A DNA stretch of 63,983 nt, the filler included, from Basidioascus undulatus (taxonomy: Eukaryota), in assembly GCA_000826855.1 (NCBI GenBank). It is 3 parts of 3 records of this genome, joined end to end, with 100 filler letters (N's around TTAATTAATTAA, not from the genome) between each part and the next. Parts side by side here need not be neighbours in the genome. Positions count along the whole stretch, not along the records: positions 1 to 21,788 come from JTLS01000318.1; 2 more parts are not named here. One strand, given 5' to 3'. The position numbers and the translations under genes were made by a program. This document shows, one piece after another, positions 1 to 12,992 of the stretch; positions within the stretch are counted from its first letter, which is position 1; each line of letters opens with the position of its first letter. Under the pieces are notes generated by a model. That model did not search any database. It had not been told where the DNA came from and saw only the letters and a program-made list of their open reading frames with translations.

Positions 1-1427
1 AAATTGTATGCTTCCGCCCAGCCGGCGCGTGCTCCCGGCGCTCCTCTCCTGCTCCTCCCCCTCCCCCTCCCCCTCCTCCTCCTCCCCGCTCTCCTCAAAC
101 AAATCGTCCACGCGCGTCATCTTAAGACTCTCATCGTGGCTCACGCTAGCGAGCCAGCGCACGCTTCGGTCAAGGCGCATCCGCTCGATCGGGAAGTCCC
201 CATGGTCGGCGATCACGCCAAGGAACTTGGTGGGGAGGACGGCGAGGACGCGGATTAGGCCGTCGGAGGAGCCCGTCGCAAGGGTGGTGGGCGAGAGGGG
301 GAGGAGGGCGTCGATGGAGGTTGGGTGGCTGCGCGAAAGGGGAGACGTCAGGACGGAGATGGGAGAGGGAAGGCAGGGGGAGCGAAGAAAGGAGCGACGG
401 ACCCCGGGATGCGGTCGACGCAGTCGCCCCACCCGGCGGTCTTGTTGAATATGGAGAGGATGCCGGTCTGCGTGCCGACTGCGAACTTGGTACTCCTGCC
501 CGCCGCGCACCCAAGTTCAGCCGCCAAGTCGTTTGAGGAACCCCGAATCAGAGGGACAGAAACACGCACCCATGCAGCGGCGCGATAGACAGCAACTCGT
601 CCTCCTGGTCCTCCGAGTGTCCGAGCGGCTCGGGCTTATTTGACCGCACATCGAGCACGCTCAGCGTTCCGTCCCCTCTTCACCCCCAACACCACCACAA
701 AGCACCATCAGCCGCGCTCGGAAAGCGGAAAAGGGCGGAGGAAGGACGCACGAGGTCGTGATGAGCTGCTTGTCGTTTTCGAGGTAGTGGAAGTCGGAGA
801 TGAAGTCGAAGTGGTGCGTGTAAGCGCGGAGGGCTTCGGGTCTTCGGGTGTCCCATAGCTGTGCGTGGGTTAAAGAATGAGATTAGAAATGGAAGGTTGC
901 CGGCCGGAGCAGAAGACGGGGAGGACGCGCCTTGATGACACCCTCGTCGTCGCCGGTCGCGAGGAGATTGGGCATGGTGCGGATGATACGGGATATAGGG
1001 GAGCTGCGGAGAGTGTTCAGAGGGGTTCTTGGAGAATAGTGATACGAACTACGACTCGCTCGTGCGCTTGTAACCGCTCCTGAGTGACCTTCCCCGTCTC
1101 CGCATCGAGCGTGCTTTCCACCCAGAACGAGCATCAGCACCCTACCCCTCCCTCGCCTCAAGCCCAACCTCCGAAACGAGATACTGACTTCAGCGCGCCA
1201 TCCTTGCTCACGCTCCAGAGCTGCCTCCCATCCTCGCTGCTCGCGATGCCACGGCAGCTGCGCTTCGTCGGGCGGGTCTTCCAGAGCTGCTCGTACGAGT
1301 CGTCTGTGTAGCTGAACGCCTTGATCTCGCCTGTCAGGAGGGCGACGTAGACGTGGTCGTGTGTGGGCGAGAAGTGCACGTCGTGCGGCTGGTTGCCCAG
1401 CGGAATGTCTTCAAGACCCGTCGCCAT
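1..1427 (-). CDS. JIP5: WD40-repeat protein Jip5/WDR55 (60S biogenesis); multi-exon, 3' end runs off the window
   Basis: Spliced translation gives MATGLEDIPLGNQPHDVHFSPTHDHVYVALLTGEIKAFSY...KRSCRG, ATGDDEGVIK-LWDTR, HHFDFISDF, VGTQTGILSIF..GWGDCVDRIPG and ATGSSDGLIR..HGDFPIERM, all characteristic of Jip5. ATG at 1427. Confidence 0.85.
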
Positions 1428-1692
1428 TGTGCGTTTGTGGAAGTGTGAAGGTGCGAGGCAGCGAGACTTTCTGGATAGCATCGGTCTTATCGCCGATATG
1501 GATATGTAGTAGCGGCCGAGTCCAGAGGAACGCACGGGAAGCGCCAAAGAATCGCCACGCACAAGTTTCTGAGGGCGCGTCGCTTGACTCGCCGCCGCCA
1601 TCCTTTCCCTCCTCCCTCGTACTTTCATCTCGACCCGACCCCGCACAGCTTCGGCGCAGCGCTCAGCCGATCACCTGCTCAATCCTCCCGCC

Positions 1693-3687
1693 ATGGCGAA
1701 GTCCAAGAGCCCGACGGTAGACCAGGAGATCTACAAGGCGGCGCTCAAGGCTCCGAACCAGGTCCGCCGTGATCTTCGCCATCCCAACATCCCCGGTAGT
1801 AGCTCACGCTTGACGCGCTGGATTCGACGGCAGACTATCTCACAAGATGAGATCAAGGAGCAGTTCCCCGAACATGACCTCAAGAAGCAGATGGACGCCA
1901 TCAACAAGCTCCTCAGCAAGAACCTCCTCAAGCTCCTGAAGCTCAACAACGGTGCGTACGCGTACAAGGCCGTCAGCAAGGATGATGCCAAGAAGTGAGT
2001 GCTTCATGCGGACGGTTGTGCGGGTGGCGGGGGCTGATGAGCGGGCTCGGCTGCGGCATAGGTACAAGGCGATGGAGGGCGATGAGGGGCTGGTCTTCTC
2101 CCATATCGATGCGGCGGGCACCGAGGGTGCGTCTTCCTTGCTTCGCCTTGCCGTCCCGCACGTGGCTAATATCCCCGATTATTCCATCAATTCTTTCAAC
2201 CCCACTCCTTTCCCCTCTTGCTCACGCCCACCCTATCGCCCACCTCGCTCGCTCTTGCCGTGCTCGCCTCGCAATCACCGCATTCAGGCATCTGGACTAA
2301 GACGCTCAAGCTCAAGACGAACCTCCACCAAACCGTCATCAACCGATGCCTGAAGTCGCTCGAGAGCCGGGGCGCAGTCAAGGTTGTCAAGTCGGTGAAG
2401 GTATGTCGCGTCTCCTCATCCCCGCGCATCCCGCCACACCTCTCTGACTCTAAGCGCTCGGATGGCGCACGCAGTTCCCGACGCGCAAGATCTACATGCT
2501 CGCGTCGCTGCAGCCGTCCGTCGAGCTTACTGGCGGCCCGTGGTACACCGATAACGAGCTGGACACCGAGTTCGTCGGCCAGCTGAAGGACGCGATCCTA
2601 AAGTTCATTCGCGGCCGCGTGCGTCCCCACTCGCTTCCCTCTGCCCTGCCGTATGCGTCTGCTGACGCTGCCCTTCCACAGACGTTCCCCAGCAAGTCGT
2701 CCTCGAGCCGCGCGATCTACCCCGTCTCCGCGGCGTCCTCGTACCCGACTGTCCCGCAGATCCTCGCGTGGCTGAAGAAAAGCCAGCTGACGGAGATTGA
2801 GCTCGGGCCGGAGCACATCGAGGCGCTGCTCGAAGTGCTCATCTACGACGGGGAGGTCGAGCGCCTCCCCGCCGTCTCGTTCGGCGTCGGCTCGGCGCGC
2901 CTGCGCTCGGACAGCAGCAGTAGCGGGAGCGGCTCGAGCAGCGGGAGCGAGAGCGAGAGCGAGGACGAGGAGGACCGGCGCCGCCGGAAGCGCCGGAAGA
3001 AGGAGAACGGCGCGTCGTCATCGTCTAAGCGCTCCAAATCAAAGTCGTCCTCGATCAAGCGCAAGAAGAAGCAGGACGCGTCGGACGACGAGTCCGGCTC
3101 CGAGTCCGACTCGGACAGGTCCGCGAACGGCGCGGTCAAGAGCGAGGACGAGTCTGGCTCCGCCTCGGGCTCCGGCTGCGACCCCGATTCCGATTCCGAC
3201 GGCGGCGGGCGCTCCTCCAAACGCAGCAAGAAGAAAAAGAAGTCCTCCTCGTCGTCCAGGTCGCGCTCCAAAAAGCACAAGGACCGCTCGCGCTCGCGCT
3301 CAAAATCCAAATCGTCCTCCAAGCGCCGCAGCCGCGACCGCTCCTCCTCCCCCGGCGCGCGCTCGGACTCGTCCGGCTTCCCCGACATCGACGACGACGA
3401 CGACGACGGCGCGCCGTCCGCGAGCGTGTACCGCGCGGTGCGCAACGCGGCGGACGAGGCGGGCATGGGTGGCGTGGGTGCCGTCGTCGGGTGGACCGAG
3501 GCGCCGTGCGGGAGATGCCCGGTTTTTGACTTTTGCGCGCAGGGCGGGCCGGTCAATGCGGGGAACTGCAGGTGCGTTGGTGGGGTGCAGGCGCAGCGCG
3601 AAGAGGGGAGAGTGCGATGCTGATCCGGGGGTGGGCAAGGACAGATACTTCGATACTTGGTTGGAGGGGTTGAAGATCGAGGAGTGA
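1693..3687 (+). CDS. RPC34: RNA polymerase III subunit C34/RPC6; multi-exon, with C-terminal Fe-S cysteine motif and a long low-complexity insertion
   Basis: Motifs GIWTKTLKLKTNLHQTVINRCLKSLE..VKSVK, PSVELTGGPWYTDNELDTEF and APCGRCPVFDFCAQGGPVNAGNC-YFDTWL. GT-AG introns join the frames. Confidence 0.93.
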
Positions 3688-4124
3688 GGGGAAGGGGAGC
3701 ACGCGGCGCGGCAGGCGGGCTGTCGTGCTGTCGGACGCACTTGGTGTTGGGCGGAGGGGGTTGTCGCGCAACGGTTCGCCGCTTGACATCGCATCTCTTG
3801 CTTATTACTCATGTTCGCCTGCTGATAGTACAGACTTCTCAGACCTCTCTGACCGTGTGTGACTCTTCGACGCGACTGACTGCTTGACTGTGCTCAATGC
3901 GCAACGCCCGCTGAACTGACATGTCCGCGCCTTCGCGCCGTTCTCCTGGCTAACGACTTGTGCCTGCGAGCTCGAAGGGCCAGGCATTTGCAAAGCCTGC
4001 CTTCGTATTGTTCTCATATCGCTCGCATCTTGGGACAGTCAAGGTCGAACGTGTGAAGCGTACCTCAAGACGACAAAAATGGAAAGAAAGGTAACTGGCT
4101 CAAACACATCAAGATGAAACCTGT

Positions 4125-6274
4125 TCATGCACACGCTTCGCCGACAGCCGAGCTCCCGAGTCCCACCCTCCTACGCTGCAGCCCCACCTCCCGAGCATAG
4201 GCCTCGCCCAAGATCTTTTTCGCTACAGCCTCAGAGATCATCTCCAGCTTCGCAGACGTGGTAAGGGCTCCCTCGAGCACAGCGACCCATTCCGCCTCGA
4301 CCTCCTCGCCCCCGCAGCCACAACAGCCTCCAAAAAGTCGCACACGCCGGACACCTCGAGCCCTTCCTCCGCCGAAGCCGACCGGCGGACAAACCCCCAT
4401 TGACCAGTGACCACCTCGGGCTCAGTTGGAGTATGAAGACCGGCGAGAATAGCCACCTGGCGCGCAGGAAGCGGGAGTCGAGGATGAAATGCCAGCAGCC
4501 CGGCTCGGTTTCCGGGCGGTCGTCGGGGAGCACGCCGATCGCGCGGGAGGTACGCTCGTCCCGAAAGAACCGGAAAGACCGGCCAGGGCGGTTTTTGCGT
4601 GCGTGTGCTGGAGGAACGCCCCGCCCGAGAACATGCCGTCTGAGAAGACAGAGGTGGAGAGATAGTCCGTGAGGCCACAGATGAGCGCGCGCGGGGTGAG
4701 GAGCGGGAGGGAGAGGCCAAGGATGGAGGAAGTCATGCGGTAGGTGTTCTTCTTTGCGCGAACAAGGAGAGCAAAGCCAGGACCGGAGGCGGGGATGTGC
4801 AGGAGGTCGGACTCATCGACATTGTCTGTTTTCCAGTATGCGGTCTGCATGGTGCGCTGGAGGAGCTCATCATGCCAGATCGCTTCGAGGCTGGGGAGGG
4901 CACCTTGGATACGGTGATCATCAATCTTATCCGCTGAGACGCGAGACAGCCAATGAGAATGAGGCGCCGAAGGTGGAGGAGAGCACGACAGACAGTGGAA
5001 AGGATCGGGGCGGCGATGTGAGGATTGTGAGAGAGGTTGAGCGTGACGATGCTGTCGGACAAACCAAAGCGACCTCGATGAGCTGTTCAGCAGTGAGTTT
5101 TGAAGCGCATCAAGCACGTCCGAGGTCTGGTCTGAAAGGAGCTTGGCAAGAGCCGCAGCCCCCGCCTGCGAGAGGGACGGCTGCTCAGCTAGGACGTCGA
5201 GCGCAATGCCAACCATGAAGTCAAGGCTGTCGAGCGCTGCAGCATCATCTTGCTAGAGCTTTCCCCCGCAAGCAGCTCCTCCACAGTGTGTCTAGTTGCG
5301 GTCTCCTGCAGAGGCGGATGGTACCCTGTGGCAGCTGGAGGCCTGAAAGCGGCTGCAGCCGCCGCCTCCTCGTCCGCGCTGAGGAGGTACTCGCCCGGCC
5401 ACGCCTGCCTGAGCATCCAGCGCTCAGTTGTCTCGAACGGCGCGAGGTTGGAAATGTAGGTCTCGTGCGCTGGCTCGGACGCGGCGCCGTCCTCGAGCGG
5501 GTAGTACTCGTGGAGGTACGTCTCCGCTGAGACCGGCGTGTTTGGCAGGACTTGGGCGTATGCCGCTTCGAGGCGAAGAGGTTCACAAAGCAGTAGCTGG
5601 ACAAACTGGGTTGGTTACGTCGAAAACGGTGATCCCCGTATAGGAGGACGATTGGTTGAGTATCAGTGGGGCTGGAACAAATGTTGCGCAGGCACAAGAG
5701 GATAGCGTACCGTCGCTGTTGTCCTGTTCTCATCGAGGACCAACGTCAGCGGAAATGAGTTTGAGGAGTTTGCGGAAGACGCACCCTCAAATAGCTCCCC
5801 ATTCCCGCATCCCCAATATGAGCATTGCTGTGCTCGCCTCGCCCTTCTCCAAGTCGGCGCGCAGCGCGAGGAGCAGCAGCAAGCTGAGGTACGGGTACGG
5901 CGTCTGGACGATACCGTGAACCGTCCCATCGGACTCGCTCGTCCCAAGTCCTCCTTCCGGCTCAAAGTCTTATCCCTCCTCCTCTTCTCCCTCTTCCCCC
6001 ACTCGTCGCGCCGGAGCTTGCGCGTCCACTTGTCGAACGTGGACGGGTACTGTCCCGCAGCGGGATACTTTCCCTGGACCCCGCGCAGCTCCTCCGCCAC
6101 GACACAGGCGTTGTTTGTGTTGTGACGGAGGTGAGGAAGCGGTGGACTGCTTGGAGGGGAAGAGAGCCGTAGAGCCACTCGTGGTGGAGTGCCACAAGAC
6201 AGCGGTATGTCGGCTCGCACACCCGCCGGCGTCTGAATGCGGGTGATGACGAAGAGCTGGTGGCGCTGGCCCAT
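4125..6274 (-). pseudogene. Disrupted member of a fungal hypothetical family (MGQRHQ...YRC..HH.W.YG N-terminus, LRR-like middle)
   Basis: MGQRHQLFVITRI and YRCLVALHHEWLYGSLPL lie in different frames with no room for an intron. A second shift precedes NNACVVAEELR. An in-frame TAA near 5970 precedes DFEPEGG..PYPYLSLLL. LRR-like IVTLNLSHNPHI..LRRLILIGC occurs downstream. Confidence 0.6.
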
Positions 6275-7515
6275 TTTCTGTGAGAGATTTACTTTGCCAA
6301 TTGGTGGGATTAGGCGTGCTGGGGATTGCTGGAATGGGTGGCGGTAGAAGGGCAAGGCGCGAGGGCATAGCGGGGCGGAAACACACAAAGGCGCGGCGGC
6401 GGAAGTGTGGCCGTCGGGTGGAATTGGTGGAATGGCTGCAAGCACTTTCGAGTAAGTAGTTAAATATTCCTACCTATGGACAGAGTACATATCTTTGTTG
6501 AATATGTGGCCCTAGCCGATCCGTTTAACAGCAACACCCGCCAGAGACTGATCATGCAGCGTCCCTCGGGCGTCCATTGAGTCATCCACCGTGACATGAA
6601 GAAGAAGGCCGCATCCGGAGAGATCTAAAGGGTTAAAAAGCTGGGAATGACTCGTACTTGAGAGGTCATCAACAATTCTACGCCGCTCACCCCTGCGTAA
6701 GATGGAGCTGCGCTCTGGTAGCAAGATGCTCCTCTTCATTGACTGCATGACGCTGTCGAGGAATTTCTGACTTTCCGCTGCCAGGTCAATCGGTTTTCTG
6801 TTCATGCGTTGAATCCAACACCATGTATCGATCATAAGTTTGCGCAGAGCCGAACGTTCTTCCCTATCATCGGAGGGACTCGGGAAAGCGGATACTGGCC
6901 AGAAGTCCCTCGCCAACTACCTTGTCGTTCAACCTCGCGACTTGCCAACCATGAGGCCGTGCAAAGAATCGACAAAGTCACAGGGAGGATGCCCTGGGCG
7001 GGAGGGGAAGGGGAGGGGCGTTTGCAGGCTGCGCAGTCTGACGTCTGAACCCTGCCTTTGTCCACGCGCACCCGTTCAGCATGTAACTACGCTTTAGCGG
7101 ATGCGTAGTCGGGATTAATGGGAGTCTGTGACTGTGATTCTCGCATCGGACTGCCCCTCAATACAGCGGCCTCGACAGGCTTACAACCACCTTGGCCATC
7201 GAGTGGGGGGCTGACAGTCGCCCTGCTGTACAAAAGTATACGCTGTACCGCGCGAGGAGGTCGCAAGCACCTTGCTCCCGTTGTAAACTGACAGATGGAG
7301 AGTTCGGGCGGAACACCCAGTGAGCCCGCTACAGAATGTCCGACAAGCCAGCTGGGGGTCCTTTGGCATGCGCAGAGGGCATGCGCAGAGGGATGAAGTT
7401 GATGGACGCTGAAAGGCAGCTATCAGATGCGAAGATGGCCATGCAATATTCGCTCCAAGGGTATCATGCGAGAAGTAATACGGCGCGGAAGAAACATGGA
7501 AGAGAACAAGAAGCC

Positions 7516-9266
7516 TCAAGCCACAAGTAGCGGCTCCCCAATCGCGTCCACAAGAACGAGCCTCGCGCCCTCCAGGAGCGTATACTTCGTCTTCGCGTCG
7601 TCCTCCACGCCCTCTATGTAGCTCATGACCTTCCGCAGCTGGAGCGCCCTGCCGAGCTCGCAGTACACCTTGAGGTGCTCCCCCATCTCGTCCCATCCCT
7701 CCACGCCGACCCACGCGCTCCACGCGGCGCGCCCGCTCTTCGCCGCGCACGACACCGCGCCGACGCGGCCCTTCTCCGAGATGTGGATGAGCGTGTCCCA
7801 CATCGCGCGCAGCGCGCCGTCCGTCCATCGGATTGTCCCCCGTGGGGCGGCGGCGCGGGGGAGCCACGTCGCGGAGGACGCGAGCGCGTGCGTCGAGCCG
7901 GTTACGGGGATGAGCCACGCGGCGCGTGAGGGGCGCGCGCGGAGGGATTCGAACTGCGAGCGCAGGAAGATCCAGCGCGAGACTTTGAAGTCGGGGCAGT
8001 CGAAGTTGCCCTTGCGTCGGCGAGGCTCGGTGGGGGCGTGGACGACGTGCGGCTGCACGTTGGAGGGTTGAGCGAGCGAACAGGCGAAGACAGCCTCATC
8101 GGAAAGAAGCGCACCCATGGGATGAGAGAATCGATCTTGCCGATGCCGGAGTGGGACGAGGGAAGAGACAGCCAGGTAGGCTGGGGTGTACGGGACGGTC
8201 GAGCAGGACGAGCGGCAGCGGTAGGGCGGGCGACGTCGACAGCGGCGGGAGGCGGTGGGGGCGGGAGAGCGGGGATCTTGAACTCGTGTTGTGCGTCGCC
8301 CTTCGGCTGCGCCGAGGCAGACCGAGAGCCCTCCCTTCCACAGGTACGCTTTGCGCGTTCGCCCCCGCCCGCCTCCGACGCAGTCTTGCGCTTCCGCGGC
8401 GAAGCGGCAAGTGATGGCGGCGGCTCGCCCACCTCCACCTTATCCTGCCCCGCCAGCGCCCTCCCATTCTCCACTTCGTCCGGCGGCGCTTCTCTTGCTC
8501 CCTCCTTCCCCTTCCTCTTCTCTTTCTCCTTCCGCACCGGCGCCTTCACGCTCATCAGGAACTCCCTCGCCGGGCCGCGCCTGCCCGGCGAGACGCTCGG
8601 GACGGGATCGACGTCCGAGCACGCCCGGCTGGGGCGTCGCGCGTGAGGGAGGCCAGGTATGGTGGAGAGCCGACTGGTTGCGGCCTGGGAGGGCGCATCG
8701 CCAGCCGATTCGGAGGACGAGCGAGTGAGACGAATGGGAGGCGCCGACGCCGGCGCAGCAGGAGGCGGAGGAGGTAGCCTGGCCGGGTCAGGGGAACGGG
8801 GCCGTGGATGAGGAGGGCGAGCGGGACGTCGTGGGGCTGGTTGGGGAGGGAGGAAGACTAGGCACTGCGATTGCGATTGCGATTGTGACTGCGATTGAGA
8901 TTGTGATGCGTCGTAATTAGGCGAAGGTGTCGATCGAGTGCCGGACCGCTCCGCGGGCGGAAGGGGTGAGGGGGACCGGAGTTTAGGAGGAGAGTACCGG
9001 CGGGCGCGTGGAAGAGAGGGAGGACGCCCGAGGGAGGGAGAAGGAGGCCGCGTGAAGTCGGTCGAGGGGAACTCTGCGAGGTCGCAGAGCCTCCAGGCCT
9101 CTTCGTCGTCCTCTTCATCCTCCCTCTCCACTTCCGCCCAGCCCCTGGGCCTGAGATTCCGAATGCGGCTGAACGAGCTCCGGTCGATGCGCGGGGGTTC
9201 GAGCGCGTAATCGAACACGGGCCGTTGAGGGTCAAAGACGAGCTCTGTCCACCGCCGCGAGGGCAT
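7516..9266 (-). CDS. Hypothetical protein: Pro/Ser-rich disordered N-terminal region plus a compact C-terminal domain of unknown function; true start uncertain
   Basis: The 454-aa ORF joins the 200-aa ORF through an intron at about 8053-8114 (gtgcgc..gtgcag). High GC3. The C-terminal domain reads WLIPVTG..IRWTDGALRAMWDTL..HLKVYC..ARLVLVDAIGEPLLVA. Confidence 0.7.
8866..8907 (-). repeat. Hexanucleotide coding microsatellite (TCNCAR)n encoding SQSQSQSQSQSQ
   Basis: tgcgattgcgattgcgattgtgactgcgattgagattgtga on the + strand. Confidence 0.8.
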
Positions 9267-9959
9267 CTTTCAGATGACCGCCCTCAGGAGGGACCCGCAC
9301 ATGATCAGTAATAAATAGCATAAGCTCACCATTCGGAATACCATGTGCCTCTAACAGCCATCTCGACCCATCGTCAGCCCTCCCATCCGCTCCAGCTAAG
9401 ACGCAATCTGCGACGCGCTCAGCCTGCGCCGGATCCGCCATGAGCGATGAACCCTTCGGAACCCAGATTTTGCGCTGGTAAAAATTTGAGTGTGCGATGG
9501 GGTTCGCTGATGCCATGGCATCATGAGCTGAGCAAGAGGCGAGAGCAGGGACAAGGCGGTGGTGATGAGGGTTCAAGGCAGAGAGGCAAACAAGGCAAAC
9601 AACTCGGTCGCGTGCGGGAACGGAGGACGCGTCGCGTTTGTCATTTGGCCTTCGCGTTTTGCCGTCTCTGGCGTCTGTCTGTCTGTAGCTCGCCTAAGTT
9701 CGTATTCACGAGATGCACTGACCCACCGTACACGAGCGCCTCTTGAGCACCCGCATATACAGATTTTTCCCCCACTATACGATCAGCGGCTGCGCGGCCT
9801 TAGGCAGGTTCACCTTCGTACAGCATCAGCAATCGTTCCACCGTTGATCTCGGGCAGCAATCATTTTGGGACTTCGGACATTGCCACCTTTCTATATATA
9901 TATAAACTACTCCAAATCCTACCGAAATAGAGTACAAGAGTTCCAAGTGCTATCTAGGC

Positions 9960-11530
9960 TATGCTACGATCGTTTGACGCGTCCCTCCGCAATTCAGCCG
10001 TGATCAAAAACTCGTCCTCCAGATCGTCCTTGACGCTATAGTCGTCCAAGTCAAAGGACCCCTTCAGACGCGACATCTTACTAAGACCGGAAGAGTTACC
10101 GATAGATTACCTGTTGTCCTTTTCGATGACCTCGATGCGCACTGCAGAAGCAGTCAGCTGACTGAGGACCACTGAACGGCGACAATGGCAGCCCGCTCAC
10201 CTCGGATGCCAGAAACGCCCGAATGGTTGAGGTCTTAGCACCAACGCTCCATGACCTGATGCCACTTGAGTTTATATGTTCCGTAGACCTGCATTCGCAT
10301 ACAGACTCAGACTCAGCACCGCACACGGTCCACCAGCCGCTAGGCGTCTAGAATGAGTCCTTACACGATGAATCGTTGAGCCCCCGAGTTTGCCGTCCGC
10401 GAGAGAAGAATGATGTCTCGAGTCGAATCAATGCACCTACAGTGCCTGTATCAGTAGATGGTTCGTAGAGGTGATTCTTCCCAAAGCCCCTCTTACGCCG
10501 TGAGAAGGAAGGAACCTGCCAAGGACGAACGACGGCACGTTAGCAGGCAAGCCTTAGGGGACTTGCTCAGACAATGAGCGGCTTACAGCCATTATGGAAT
10601 TCATGGCAGGTGGGAATGATGAAGTGTTGAAGGTAAGCTGGTGAAGACGGTGGGTTATTCAGTGGTGCCCAAACCACAAAACAATGAATGGGCCACGACG
10701 GACTTGCAGTACATGCACGATGAGTCTGTATGTAACTTCGTGTTTCACATCGAGGAAGCGCAGGGTATAAAAGATGGTACAAACGTGGCAGTGAAGTAGA
10801 AGATGCCGTTCTGGAGGAGTGCCGTGGCTATGCAGCTCTTGCTAAGACCGCATCGCCTGTTCCAGAGGATCATGCCCATGCTGAGCCCCATCACCAGCGC
10901 ATCGTAACCCATCGTTGCGTGTTCCCAACATAAGTACCTCATACCCGATCCCTATGAGTAGGATGCATAGCGTACTGATGCCATAGGCAGCCGGAAACCA
11001 CCGCGCTGGTTTGGGAAGGTCCGGTCAGAGCGAAAATCCGACAGTCTCCACGGCCAACGCACTGTCGCTAAGTTGCACGGCGCAGCCCGTGCCGGGAACG
11101 TAGAAAGGCCTTTCGGTGATCGCTCCGGGGGAAATACAGGCAGGGGAATTAGTTATCCCATGTGCGAATCAGCGGGGTTTGCTCACCTTTCCACGACATC
11201 GCGCACTGAAGTGCCGAAAGCGAGCCGAACAGCACCATCAACGCCTTATGGCGTTTCCAGATTCCCAAACAGCTATGTCGACCCTAAATAGTATGCCTAA
11301 GCTACTAGGTGTTATGACTTAGAAAACACTTTACGATGGCCATCAACCCGCTGGCGCTGGCGCTTCCGAGCCCAGCGAAAACCTGGCCACCCGCATACCG
11401 TATGAGCGCTTGCCCGGAAGTGATGGCTGAGGACTGGAGATCGCGTACGAGAATAATTTGGAAGAAACCTTCACAATTCAAAAGTGTAGATATGTTCGCA
11501 AAAAGTGTGTACAGGAGACCGGTGAGGCAG
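9960..11530 (-). pseudogene. Degenerate multi-pass membrane protein gene, resembling basidiomycete DUF6533-type proteins
   Basis: Hydrophobic fragments YDALVMGLSM, ALLQNGIFYFTATF and ALMVLFGSLSALQC occur in broken frames. Boundaries are approximate. Confidence 0.35.
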
Positions 11531-12992
11531 ATGGTAAATTGCTGTCCGTAGCGAATCCATTACCGCTTCCTTCTTACCAGACCATCAAGGCGCTGACGCG
11601 GCACATGAGAAAGACATCTTATGCGTTCAGGGTTTCAGGATAATTCCACCGCATTTTCTGCTTGCCGGTCAAGATGGCCAAGTCGAAGGGCGAGGCGACG
11701 ACAGCTGCACGGCAGTTTCAGTGAACGGAAGCGAACCCCGTGAAGCAAAGGGGAAACGCACTTTCCCATCCCAGGATGCCCAGGAAGACGAACTGAAGCG
11801 CTTGTGTGCTTTCTGGACAGCAGGGATACTATCAACTCAACTGGATGTCGGATGCTGGACCTCTCGACCAGGTAGGTGCTTACTGAGAATGGTCGCTTGG
11901 CATCTCGGCTCATCCCACCAAGAACTGTATGCCATGATCTGTAAAGCTACCAGTCTCATCAGAGGACTCTACCTGTCGCGGGGATTGTGTGCCCTCATAC
12001 CTGAAGCTTTCGGCGGCCCGAAGCAGAATATAGAGGAAGAGTCGAAAGAGACAGCCGCCCTTATGAAAATGCGATGGCACCGAGCCCCTAAAGCACTCTG
12101 AAAAGTCTTCAGCCTCTTGCAGCAGGAGGAGGAGGTGCGAAAGCGTCGAACAAAGTTCGTCAACAATCCATGGCCGGCAGAGCGAGGGTGATAGAGGATA
12201 GCACCGCTGCGCACTCATGCGCCGCTCGGGAGCCCGCGCATGAGGCATGCATGTGAATTGTCGCCTTGAATACCCTGATTAGGTACAGGCTCAAGTGTAG
12301 GTGCCCGTTTTCGAGAGGGAGCTCAAAGTTTGAAAGGGTGCATGTTTTTCTTAGCGGTATGCGGCGGATGGGCCTTCAACCGCCGCCGGCGCTTGTACTG
12401 AGTACTGCTTGTTTCGTGTTTTAATGTCATGGGTTTGGTATACGGAAAGGGTCTGCGCCCCTCTTTACACAATCCTATAAAGAAGAGCGCGAATGCAAAG
12501 GTCTGTTGCTGCAGCCCATGCAACGACTGAGCGGTGTAGGCCTGTCAACTCGCGCCTTAGGATGAGGACTCTTGGTATGGACGCCCAGTCGATGTCTCCT
12601 GTTGCATGAGATTGAGCCAGCTGCAAATATTCAAAGCTCACGCCATAGACACCCAAGAAGTCGTTCTTGAAACGCGGGAGACTCAGGGGAATGCGAACAG
12701 GTGCGCGGCCCTCGTCTGCGGCAAAGTTGTCTGCGCCGGCGATTTCGATGCCCTGCAGTGGAACTTGAGTAGAAACCGCAAGGACTTCGTGCCTTGCCTG
12801 ATCGCTTCGACTGTCGTGTATTCAGCCCCTTCAATCACGATGCACTACTTATCAAAGTTGGCCGAGGACTTGCCCCACACTTTCCTTCCCGCTTCCCGAC
12901 GCCTCCGCTTGTTGACGAGGCGTCTTCCTTCGTCTGAGGGTTTCGTCACACTTCAGCGGATCATCGACACCGATTAAACACTCATTTAGGGG

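Noticed and set aside
2797..3687. Long overlapping and antisense ORFs over RPC34 (and similarly over THR4 and URB1)
   Set aside because: These are expected shadows of very high GC3 codon usage and show no independent protein features.
9232..9576. Possible first exon for the 7516-9266 gene
   Set aside because: The obvious GTGAGC donor is phase 1 and does not splice in frame to the MPSRR ORF. Left unresolved.
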